Positions 18,799 to 25,835 of a stretch of DNA of 32,000 nt are shown here, piece by piece (position 1 is the first letter of the stretch; every line of letters starts with the position of its first letter). Location: contig NZ_FRFD01000016.1 in assembly GCF_900143645.1 (NCBI RefSeq), positions 90,722 through 122,721 on the forward strand, written 5' to 3'. The stretch comes from Anaerocolumna xylanovorans DSM 12503 (lineage in GTDB: Bacteria; Bacillota; Clostridia; Lachnospirales; Lachnospiraceae). Both the position numbers and the translations under genes were made by a program. The notes under the pieces are model-generated. The model ran no database searches. It saw only the letters and a list, made by a program, of their open reading frames with translations, and had not been told where the DNA came from.

Positions 18799-18814
18799 AA
18801 TAGTTCCTCCCTGT

Positions 18815-19015
18815 TTAATCTTCTGCATCTTCAATATAAGCGCTACCATGACATTCGGGACATACAACCTTTCCGCTTCTGCCACAATAAAAACAAGGCT
18901 CATACATATAAGGCTCTTCACATGGTAAAAGTCTTGTTTCATCATTTCCTGTTCCATTGCAATATGTACAATCAACTTCTCCAGTACCATTACATGTTCT
19001 GCAATATACTCTCAT
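18815..19015 (-). CDS. Small standalone DnaJ-type CR zinc-finger protein (66 aa)
   Basis: The sequence MRVYCRTCNGTGEVDCTYCNGTGNDE...CFYCGRSGKVVCPECHGS has four CxxCxGxG-type repeats. A GGAGG SD lies 9 nt upstream. Confidence 0.7.
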   Translation of the reverse strand: MRVYCRTCNGTGEVDCTYCNGTGNDETRLLPCEEPYMYEPCFYCGRSGKVVCPECHGSAYIEDAED

Positions 19016-19056
19016 TATTATAGGCCTCCGCTTATATATTAATAATTGACAAATAA

Positions 19057-19085
19057 ATTATACTTATTAGTGTTATGATATGCAA
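19057..19085 (-). promoter_or_regulatory. Putative sigma-A promoter of the Cys-rich mini-protein operon
   Basis: On the minus strand: TTGCAT (19085-19080), a 17-nt spacer, then TATAAT (19062-19057). Confidence 0.55.
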
Positions 19086-19146
19086 GATAAAACCTCCAGC
19101 ACTTTTTAACTCTTTCTGCCGGCGATGGCCTTTTGTTACAATCCAT

Positions 19147-19173
19147 GAAAAAAGCACCCGTTTCCGAGTGCTG
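19147..19173 (-). terminator. Terminator downstream of tRNA-Ala
   Basis: On the minus strand, AGCACTCG-GAAA-CGGGTGCT is followed by TTTTTT. Confidence 0.6.
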
Positions 19174-19224
19174 TTGACTTCTTTATAACCGATCTAACCC
19201 TTGATTTTACCGTCTTTCCTAAGA

Positions 19225-19297
19225 TGGAGCATAGGGGACTTGAACCCCTGACCCCCACACTGCCAGTGTGGTGCGCTCCCAACTGCGCTAATGCCCC
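19225..19297 (-). tRNA. tRNA-Ala (anticodon GGC)
   Basis: A hand-folded 73-nt cloverleaf has acceptor GGGGCAU/AUGCUCC with the Ala identity pair G3:U70. The D-arm is GCGC/GCGC, the anticodon loop CUGGCAG and the T-arm AGGGG-UUCAAGU-CCCCU. CCA is not encoded. Confidence 0.93.
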
Positions 19298-19308
19298 GAA
19301 CTATTTTT

Positions 19309-19337
19309 ACTATATCATGAATTTGTCTTATTTTCAA
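19309..19337 (-). promoter_or_regulatory. Putative promoter of tRNA-Ala
   Basis: On the minus strand: TTGAAA (19337-19332), a 17-nt spacer, then TATAGT (19314-19309), about 11 nt before the tRNA 5' end. Confidence 0.5.
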
Positions 19338-19435
19338 GTTATTTTTAATAATTCCCGCATTTGTTCAAAAGTCTTCTATTGACAACCTTCTCTTGCTGCT
19401 TCATACTGAAAATAGATTATCTGCGGAGGGAATAT

Positions 19436-20188
19436 ATGAAAAAACTATTGTCTTTTTTGTTGGTATTTTCAATAATAATTACACTGGTAACACCGGCTCA
19501 TTCTGTAAACGCTGCCGCTCCTGCCCTTAGTAAAGAGAAACTGACTTTGAGTGTAGGAAAAAGCTATACTCTTAAGCTTCTAAACATTTCCGGTACTGTT
19601 ATCTGGAGCAGTGATAACAAAAAAGTTGCAAGTATTACTGCAAAAGGAAAAATTAAGGCACTGTCCGTGGGACATTGCACAATTATAGCTGAAAACAAGG
19701 GAAAGAAATATAAATGCAGCCTCAATGTAACAGCTAAAACCGCAGAGGTTATTCTGCCTGCCTTACTCTTTGACAAAACTTCTCCCATAGATTATTCTAA
19801 GCAGTTTAAACTGGACATTCCGCAGTATATAAGCGTTAAGCCCTATGATGATGCATATGTTAAAGTTATCATGTATGATAAGGAACGGCTGAAGTTCTTA
19901 AAGAAATACAATGCTTCCTTTAATGACTGCCTGAAGAAAATCCTAAGTTCGGACGGCTTTGAAATATTTACTGATATGAAAGCAGATAAGCTTTTTAAAA
20001 GTGTAAAAATCTATACAGACAAAGAAAGTTATCAGGCTTCGATGGCTGATTTATCTACAGTTTATACCGTTTCTGTCATCAGTGACACCATCCAGGGTTT
20101 AAATCTCATTGATGCAGCAGACAGAAAATGCAGCATCCGGATCATTGACACAAAAACAGGCAAGCTGTTATATCCCGCAAAACCGTAA
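19436..20188 (+). CDS. Secreted protein with one Big_2 Ig-like domain and an uncharacterised C-terminal domain
   Basis: I call the start at ATG 19436 after a GGAGGG SD. There is a signal peptide (MKKLLSFLLVFSIIITLVTPAHS) and a Big_2 pattern (WSSDNKKVASITAKGKIKALSVGHCTIIAE). Confidence 0.75.
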   Translation: MKKLLSFLLVFSIIITLVTPAHSVNAAAPALSKEKLTLSVGKSYTLKLLNISGTVIWSSDNKKVASITAKGKIKALSVGHCTIIAENKGKKYKCSLNVTAKTAEVILPALLFDKTSPIDYSKQFKLDIPQYISVKPYDDAYVKVIMYDKERLKFLKKYNASFNDCLKKILSSDGFEIFTDMKADKLFKSVKIYTDKESYQASMADLSTVYTVSVISDTIQGLNLIDAADRKCSIRIIDTKTGKLLYPAKP

Positions 20189-20190
20189 GG

Positions 20191-20454
20191 TTATATCGCT
20201 TTGCTTATAACTTGAATTACAAGGCATAGTATTCCAATTAACAATACCGCTCCTATCAGTAGTCCGGAAGGAAAGGAACTATAACTGTAAAATATAAAGA
20301 TTGTACCGACCAAGACAATTCCTGTGCCATTGATGCGTGACTGCAAAGGAATATTTTTAACACCTTCGTATTTTCTAAGTAGTGGGACCCGTCCTTTTAC
20401 AATCATATATAAGCCAAAGAAAATGAGTAAAATTTCACCGATATAAGCAATCAT
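20191..20454 (-). CDS. Small membrane protein (87 aa, 3 predicted TM helices), unknown function
   Basis: ATG at 20454 is preceded by an AGAGGAGGG SD. The sequence is strongly hydrophobic. It lies immediately downstream of the preceding ORF. Confidence 0.55.
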   Translation of the reverse strand: MIAYIGEILLIFFGLYMIVKGRVPLLRKYEGVKNIPLQSRINGTGIVLVGTIFIFYSYSSFPSGLLIGAVLLIGILCLVIQVISKAI

Positions 20455-20484
20455 ACCAGCCCTCCTCTTTTCACTTTTTTGCAA

Positions 20485-20946
20485 TCATTCAGCACTATAG
20501 ATCTTTACATCTGCTCTGTCAAGCGTCAGCGTATCCCAGCCGGAATCCGCCATAATCTTCAAATTTAGGGTATATACCTTATTTAGATTATACCACCGCT
20601 CACCTTTCGGCTCTTCCGTGATGTAATGAACAGCATAACTTCCAGTAAAATCTTCCTTGGAGGAACCACCTCTAAGTGGTACTTCTCCGTCTATATCACA
20701 GTCTATCTTTCCAATCTTTTTGACTTCCGCTGTCAGATTCCCGTTTGCATCCCTTGCATTTTTGTATTCCAAAGAAAATGAGTCATAATACTTATTCCCC
20801 ATTTTTATTTCTGTATAGGTTGCTCTCCAGTTTTCATTTTCTCCATAGAATATAAATGTATTCTTATTATTTATTTCTCTATAATACAATACCGAAAGAA
20901 TAATAGCTGCTGTAAAAGCTATTACAAAGAGTATCTTCCATTTCAT
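20485..20946 (-). CDS. Membrane-anchored hypothetical protein
   Basis: MKWKILFVIAFTAAIILSVLYY forms a signal anchor and is followed by a soluble domain with no motif I recognise. The start is uncertain (20946 or 20958) and the SD is weak. Confidence 0.5.
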   Translation of the reverse strand: MKWKILFVIAFTAAIILSVLYYREINNKNTFIFYGENENWRATYTEIKMGNKYYDSFSLEYKNARDANGNLTAEVKKIGKIDCDIDGEVPLRGGSSKEDFTGSYAVHYITEEPKGERWYNLNKVYTLNLKIMADSGWDTLTLDRADVKIYSAE

Positions 20947-21262
20947 ATTTATACCCATTGCATATCGCAGGCTTGCCCGCTGTCTGCAATCTGCCACAAA
21001 TAAAAATGAGTGAAAGAATCCATTATGGCAGCCTTTCATTTTCTGAATTTTCTTTCACTCTTTGCCTTCCTTATGTAAAACACTGTCTCAAAGTATGATT
21101 TTGATTTGACTCTATACAATCATATCTTAAAATTTAACCTTTTGTGCCTTTTTTCATTCCGCGCTTTCTCTCCCATAATTATACAACGGTTTTACATAAA
21201 AAACAATGCCATCAATAGTACCATAACTTGCATATATTAGAGTAAAATCCCGGAGGTGTGCT

Positions 21263-21520
21263 ATGCCTGGCGGTTGGAATTATCAAGCCTATCTGACACC
21301 CTATGATACCTATCTCTTTTATCATACCATGGATATTAACGAGGATTATTTTTATATTCCTCTCGCTGTTGCTACCCAGGTGGTAAACGGTACAAATTAC
21401 CGTTTCATTACTATTGCAGAACCAAAGGATACTACTCATACTCCCTATTATGCCCTTGTAGAAATCTACAAGCCTCTGGAGGGTGATGCACAAATCACAA
21501 ATATCACGGCAATAGACTAA
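21263..21520 (+). CDS. Stefin-like (type-1 cystatin family) small protein, 85 aa
   Basis: A GGAGGTG SD is present. The central QVVNGTNYRF matches the cystatin QxVxG loop (QVVAGTNYF in human stefins, from memory). The N-terminus is PGG. No signal peptide is apparent. Confidence 0.65.
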   Translation: MPGGWNYQAYLTPYDTYLFYHTMDINEDYFYIPLAVATQVVNGTNYRFITIAEPKDTTHTPYYALVEIYKPLEGDAQITNITAID

Positions 21521-21524
21521 AAAT

Positions 21525-21579
21525 ACAGGTGAAAGGAACTCCTGCACAGAGAGTCCTTTCGCCTGATTTTTTCACCTGT
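21525..21579. terminator. Compound bidirectional terminator (cystatin-like gene and metG)
   Basis: The outer stem is ACAGGTGAAA (21525-21534) with TTTCACCTGT (21570-21579). The inner stem is AAAGGAACTC/GAGTCCTTT. T-runs flank it on both strands. Confidence 0.65.
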
Positions 21580-21621
21580 AACAGCACAGAATTATAATTG
21601 CTTGCTATACTGCCCAGATAG

Positions 21622-21706
21622 AAAGTGAAAAACAATTTTTATTTTTCACACTACTCCCCATGCCTTTTCCAAAGTTGCATTTGAAAAATGCAACGCATTT
21701 TTCAAA
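21622..21706 (-). repeat. Intergenic repeat element, copy 2
   Basis: The hairpin TTTGAAAAATGC/GCATTTTTCAAA (21680-21706) abuts the metG stop. GGGGAGTAGTGTGAAAAATAAAAATTGTTTTTCACT (minus strand) is about 24/27 identical to the lepA-side hairpin. Confidence 0.55.
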
Positions 21707-23725
21707 CTACTCTCCGTCAGCATAAGCTTCTAACTGCCTGCTGTGCTTTTCAAAGAAATCTTCTTTAGGTTCTAAGAATTTCAGCTTGTGGTTTTCTTTG
21801 TCTGAAACCAGTTCATTTAAAGTGCTGAATGCATAATCCCAGCTCCAAATTTTTTCATCCACCTCAAGATATTCTCTGATTTTTTCACAACCTGCCGGAG
21901 CTATGGGGTGCAAAAGCAGAACTCCAACACGCACTCCATAGAGAGAATCGCTAAGAACCTGCCTTCTTAAGGCATCATCGTCAGTTGTTTCCGCTGTTCT
22001 CATGTTATTTACCCAGTATTTGTTCATAAAGCGGATATAAGAATCCAGCACATAAGTAAGGCTGTGGAATTCATGGTTATACATATGCCTTTCATAGGTA
22101 AGAATTGCTTCCTCGGATTCTTTTCGTACTGCTTCACTGATTTCATTTTCAAGAAGCCTTGAATCATAGTATTTTTGTGCAGTGTAGAAGCAAGAGCGCG
22201 CCAGTCGGTTAAATACATTGGTCAGAAGATTTCCTTCCTTTAGTACCGGGTCCACTCCTTCCCTTTCCTCTTCGGGCAAATATACCTGTGGTTTAAAACT
22301 TACACTCTTGGAGGCTAATCCTAAGCTTAGGAAATGGATACGGAGCTGCTCCGGTGTATAAAAATCCAGTAAATCTCTTGCCATAGGAGGCTTTATGGCA
22401 CTGCTGCTGCCAGCCTTTTTATCCATGAATAGAATATGCCTGTTGGCAATCAGCTGTGGTGCTATGAATTTACCGGCATCGCTCTTCTCACCGTATGGAA
22501 GCTTTAAGGCTGAAAATAAAGCCATTTCTGCATTTCCGTAGAAATAAATATTGTCCTCCCCGATAAACTGGTATACCTTTGCCTCTTCTGATTCCCACCA
22601 GTTTTTCCATTCCTCCCGGTCTTTTCCCTGCATTTCCAGATAAGTTCTTGTAAAGGAAATGGGTGCCCATAAAGATTCCGGCCATACCCAGAAGGTCAAA
22701 TCTTTCATATCTTCCTTATCCGGTACCGGAACGCCCCATTTGATATTGCCGGATAGGCGGAAAGGTACTAACGTCTTGCCGGTGCGAAAGCGTATTCCCT
22801 TTTCATTTAATACTTCTCTTGCCCTATCCCTGTCCGCCAAGTTCTTCATCACGTAGGTTACGGAAGCCTTATTCTCCTCTTTTAAAAGCTCATGTTCAGG
22901 AAGAAGCCTGTTTAACTCCTCTTCTTGTGTTCCCGTTCTCTCAAGCTCACTCTTTTTTACATAGATACAAGGCGGTTTTAAGAATTCTTCAATAGTTTTT
23001 AGGATATATTTTCTGGTATTTCCCGATCTTTCCTTCGCCACATACCGGGTCAGCCACTGGGTATATTCCTCCAGCTTAAAGTACCAGTTGGCAACTTCCC
23101 TTACTTCGGGTGTTTTACCGGATAAGGTACTCTTCGGGTTCAAAAGTTCACTGGGCATATACTGATGTCCCAGGGAGCATTCATCCGCATAGGCTTTTTC
23201 AGACGTACAGCCCTCAATGGGACAGTTTCCTACCACCTGTCTTCCGTTTAAAAATACTCCAAAATCCGGATCAAAGAATTGAGGGGTTGCTAACTTTTCC
23301 AAGAATCCATTCCTGTAAAGCGTATCAAATATTTCCTTTGATACCTCTTCATGAATTTCCCCTGCTCTGTCAAGGGCAGAAGCGGCATAAAGGTTCAAGC
23401 TGATTTCATAAGCTGCCAGGGTATCCTTCTGGTGATTATGGTTTTTCCTTACATAATCTTTGATTGTTTCATTACAATCCTCACCCTTTTCTTCTTTAAG
23501 CTTACGGTAGCTTTCCAATATGGGGGAACCATAGCAGTCTGTGCCGGATACAAATATGACATTTTCCTCACCGATTCTGTCTCTTAAAAATCTTGCAAAG
23601 GTATCTGCATGAACAAATACCCCTCCAATATGTCCAAAATGCAGTTCTTTATTTCCATAAGGCATTCCGGCAGTTATCACGGCTTTTTTGGGAAATTCCG
23701 GCCTGCTCTTGTCTTTTTCCATCAT
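21707..23725 (-). CDS. metG: Methionyl-tRNA synthetase (class I, divergent KMSKS region)
   Basis: From memory, the ORF is collinear with E. coli MetRS: PYGNKELHFGHIGG (HIGH), SGTDCYGSPI, QFFDP..FL..R.V.G.CP and YQFIGEDNIYFY. A T-box leader lies upstream. Confidence 0.88.
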   Translation of the reverse strand: MMEKDKSRPEFPKKAVITAGMPYGNKELHFGHIGGVFVHADTFARFLRDRIGEENVIFVSGTDCYGSPILESYRKLKEEKGEDCNETIKDYVRKNHNHQKDTLAAYEISLNLYAASALDRAGEIHEEVSKEIFDTLYRNGFLEKLATPQFFDPDFGVFLNGRQVVGNCPIEGCTSEKAYADECSLGHQYMPSELLNPKSTLSGKTPEVREVANWYFKLEEYTQWLTRYVAKERSGNTRKYILKTIEEFLKPPCIYVKKSELERTGTQEEELNRLLPEHELLKEENKASVTYVMKNLADRDRAREVLNEKGIRFRTGKTLVPFRLSGNIKWGVPVPDKEDMKDLTFWVWPESLWAPISFTRTYLEMQGKDREEWKNWWESEEAKVYQFIGEDNIYFYGNAEMALFSALKLPYGEKSDAGKFIAPQLIANRHILFMDKKAGSSSAIKPPMARDLLDFYTPEQLRIHFLSLGLASKSVSFKPQVYLPEEEREGVDPVLKEGNLLTNVFNRLARSCFYTAQKYYDSRLLENEISEAVRKESEEAILTYERHMYNHEFHSLTYVLDSYIRFMNKYWVNNMRTAETTDDDALRRQVLSDSLYGVRVGVLLLHPIAPAGCEKIREYLEVDEKIWSWDYAFSTLNELVSDKENHKLKFLEPKEDFFEKHSRQLEAYADGE

Positions 23726-23773
23726 AATACGTTCTCCTTTTCATTTACCTGACATTCTTCTAAAAATAGGTAT

Positions 23774-24035
23774 AAAAAAACACCTCCTGTAATTTTGATC
23801 ACAGGGGCGAATCTATCGCGGTACCACCCTATTTTATTAATATGTCACCATATTAACCTCTTTAAGTACGAACATACTCTAGTCCTGTAACGTGGACCCA
23901 CGTCATAGCATCACGGTCTTAAACAGGCCGATCCATATGCAGCTCCGAGGCTTGTTTCGTCTGTCTTTTGCTGCTCCTTCCCACCATCTGGAGCTCTCTG
24001 TAAACTTCCGATAGAGTACTTCCCTCTTCATAGCC
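23774..24035 (-). ncRNA. T-box riboswitch leader of metG
   Basis: On the minus strand there is a GA/K-turn-like GAAGAGGGAAGTA, an AGAGAG box, a GGTG distal-loop motif and the conserved T-box AATAGGGTGGTACCGCG (core at 23817-23829). The terminator CCCCTGTGATC..ACAGGAGGTG plus TTTTTTT follows. Confidence 0.85.
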
Positions 24036-24050
24036 TTTTCTTTTTATCTT

Positions 24051-24079
24051 AGTATATTCAGAAACTTACTCTTTGTCAA
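24051..24079 (-). promoter_or_regulatory. Sigma-A promoter of the metG T-box leader
   Basis: On the minus strand: TTGACA (24079-24074), a 17-nt spacer, then TATACT (24056-24051). Confidence 0.6.
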
Positions 24080-24209
24080 GGACTTATATAAATGTCGATT
24101 TATCCTATTATTTGTCCGTAAGACCTGCCTCCAATTGGCGAACTTTTTTTTAAAACTTCCATATATTGAAAATATCTAAAACAAATATACATCCCTGGGA
24201 GGCTCTTTC

Positions 24210-25088
24210 ATGAATTCTATGACTTATGATTTTGCCGTTATCGGCGGGGATTTAAGGCAGGTTTATATGGCAGAGGATTTGTCATCCCGTGGTTTTTCGG
24301 TGCTTTTATATGGGCTCGAAAACCTGTGCAGCAAAGCCAATATGGAACATGCCAAATCTCTGGCCCAAGCAATAGATTCCAGTAAGGTTATTCTTACACC
24401 CATCCCTTTTACAAAGAACGGCATTCATATATTATCCGTGGATGCCAAAGCGGATTTGACTCCGGAGATTCTCTGTACCCATCTAAAGAAAGGGCATATG
24501 CTCTATGGAGGATGTTTTACAAAAAACATCCGGGAATTCTGTGAAGCAAGTGATATTTATTACAATGATTTTATGGAAGAGGAAGAAATCACGCTGTTTA
24601 ATACCATTGCAACAGCAGAGGGCACTATCGCAGAGGCCATTATTGGCAGTGACGGTAATCTGCATGGAAGTTCCTGTCTGATATTAGGATATGGAAGATG
24701 TGCAAAGACCCTGGCAGAAAAGTTAAAAGTTCTGTGCGGACAGCTTACCATAGCCGCCAGATCTCCTCTTGCAATTGCCCAGGCTAAAACCTCTTCTTTC
24801 AATGCTGTATCTCTTCCAGCGCTTACGGATGTGATATCTGAATATGACTACATCTTTAATACTATACCTGCTCCGGTATTAGGCAGAGAGCTTTTAGAAA
24901 AAACCAAACAGGATGTAACTATTATTGATATTGCTTCCGCACCGGGCGGTGTTGATTTTACTGCTGCAAAGGAGCTATCCCGTAATGCCAGACTTTGCCT
25001 TGGCCTTCCCGGAAAATATTCCCCTAAAGCAAGTGCAGCTTTTTTAACCAAATATCTATTGAGCAGTTTAGGAGAAAAAGCCGTATAA
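24210..25088 (+). CDS. dpaA: Dipicolinate synthase subunit A (SpoVFA/DpaA)
   Basis: The 292-aa ORF has N-terminal FAVIGGDLRQ and a second Rossmann-like segment (LILGYGRCAKTLA). It is adjacent to dpaB. Confidence 0.88.
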   Translation: MNSMTYDFAVIGGDLRQVYMAEDLSSRGFSVLLYGLENLCSKANMEHAKSLAQAIDSSKVILTPIPFTKNGIHILSVDAKADLTPEILCTHLKKGHMLYGGCFTKNIREFCEASDIYYNDFMEEEEITLFNTIATAEGTIAEAIIGSDGNLHGSSCLILGYGRCAKTLAEKLKVLCGQLTIAARSPLAIAQAKTSSFNAVSLPALTDVISEYDYIFNTIPAPVLGRELLEKTKQDVTIIDIASAPGGVDFTAAKELSRNARLCLGLPGKYSPKASAAFLTKYLLSSLGEKAV

Positions 25089-25119
25089 ATACACCTTTTT
25101 CTCCAGAAATGAGGTATGT

Positions 25120-25707
25120 ATGTCATTGCATAATAAAAACATCGGAATCGCATTAACCGGTTCCTTTTGTACCTTTGATAAAACCTTTGAAGAAGTCGAA
25201 AAGCTGTTAAGAGAAGATGCCAACGTTTATCCTATTCTTTCCTTTAATGCCCAGAAAATTGATTCCCGCTTTGGTAAGGCAAAGGATTTCTACTTAAGAC
25301 TGGCAGAGATTACAGGTCATAACCCTATTACTACCATTGAGGATGCAGAGCCCGTAGGTCCAAAGGATATGTTTGATATCATGGCAATCATCCCCTGCAC
25401 CGGCAATACTCTGGCAAAAATGGCTGCAGGCATCACCGACACTCCTGTCTTAATGGCTGCCAAAGCTCATATCCGCAATAATAAACCTCTCGTTATCTCT
25501 ATTGCCACCAACGATGCCCTTGGCAATAACTTAAAAAATATTGGGACCCTTCTGAATCAAAAAAATATCTATTTTGTACCTTTCGGCCAGGATAGCCCTA
25601 CCGGAAAGCCCAAATCCATGATTGCCCACACCCATTTGCTGACCTTAACCTTAGAAAGTGCCCTGGAAGGCAAACAGCTCCAACCAGTCGTTATCAGTCC
25701 TTTTTGA
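25120..25707 (+). CDS. dpaB: Dipicolinate synthase subunit B (SpoVFB/DpaB, flavoprotein family)
   Basis: The 195-aa ORF has IGIALTGSFCT ... PCTGNTLAKMA ... KAHIRN, typical of DpaB. Confidence 0.9.
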   Translation: MSLHNKNIGIALTGSFCTFDKTFEEVEKLLREDANVYPILSFNAQKIDSRFGKAKDFYLRLAEITGHNPITTIEDAEPVGPKDMFDIMAIIPCTGNTLAKMAAGITDTPVLMAAKAHIRNNKPLVISIATNDALGNNLKNIGTLLNQKNIYFVPFGQDSPTGKPKSMIAHTHLLTLTLESALEGKQLQPVVISPF

Positions 25708-25782
25708 TAGCTTACAACAATCAGGCAGGAAGTGACTTTTCTATTTTAAATCAGCCTAAGCAAAAGAAGCCCATAGCGTGAA

Positions 25783-25825
25783 GGAAAGCCTGGACTGCAA
25801 GCTCCCCCGCAGTTCCAGGCTTTCC
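25783..25825. terminator. Hairpin between convergent dpaB and the GH16 gene
   Basis: GGAAAGCCTGGACTGC and GCAGTTCCAGGCTTTCC form a 16-17 bp stem with one bulge. There is no clean U-tract. Confidence 0.55.
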
Positions 25826-25835
25826 TCACCCTTAA

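Noticed and set aside
15170-19015. The idea that the radical-SAM/SPASM enzyme and the Cys-rich mini-proteins form a RiPP (ranthipeptide/sactipeptide-like) cluster.
   Set aside because: The rSAM closely resembles bona fide anSME. The peptides are 2.3 kb away on the opposite strand with three unrelated genes and several terminators between them. Their CxxCxGxG spacing is that of structural zinc fingers rather than RiPP cores.
18622-19023. A 122-aa minus-strand ORF (18622-18990) and 67-82-aa plus-strand ORFs (18597-18800, 18775-19023) cover the Cys-rich locus.
   Set aside because: The first 64 codons of the 122-aa ORF overlap the 66-aa gene out of frame and show no motif. An internal ATG at 18798 with a GGGAGGA SD gives a clean 58-aa zinc-finger protein. 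The plus-strand ORFs are His/Tyr-rich antisense artefacts of the Cys codons.
21212-21547. A 111-aa minus-strand ORF overlaps the cystatin-like gene.
   Set aside because: It has no SD and its translation is odd. The plus-strand ORF has a GGAGGTG SD, a terminator and a recognisable QVVNG motif, so the minus ORF is the shadow.
16300-21600. A tRNA-Ala-associated genomic island.
   Set aside because: No integrase, recombinase or direct repeat of the tRNA 3' end was found in the window. The accessory character of the genes alone is insufficient.
24060-24209. A sigma-K-type promoter (AC-16 nt-CATATATTG at 24142-24168) upstream of dpaA.
   Set aside because: The match is only partial (the last position is mismatched). 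It lies about 140 nt from the start codon in AT-rich DNA, where such matches occur by chance. It is plausible biologically but not supportable from the sequence alone.
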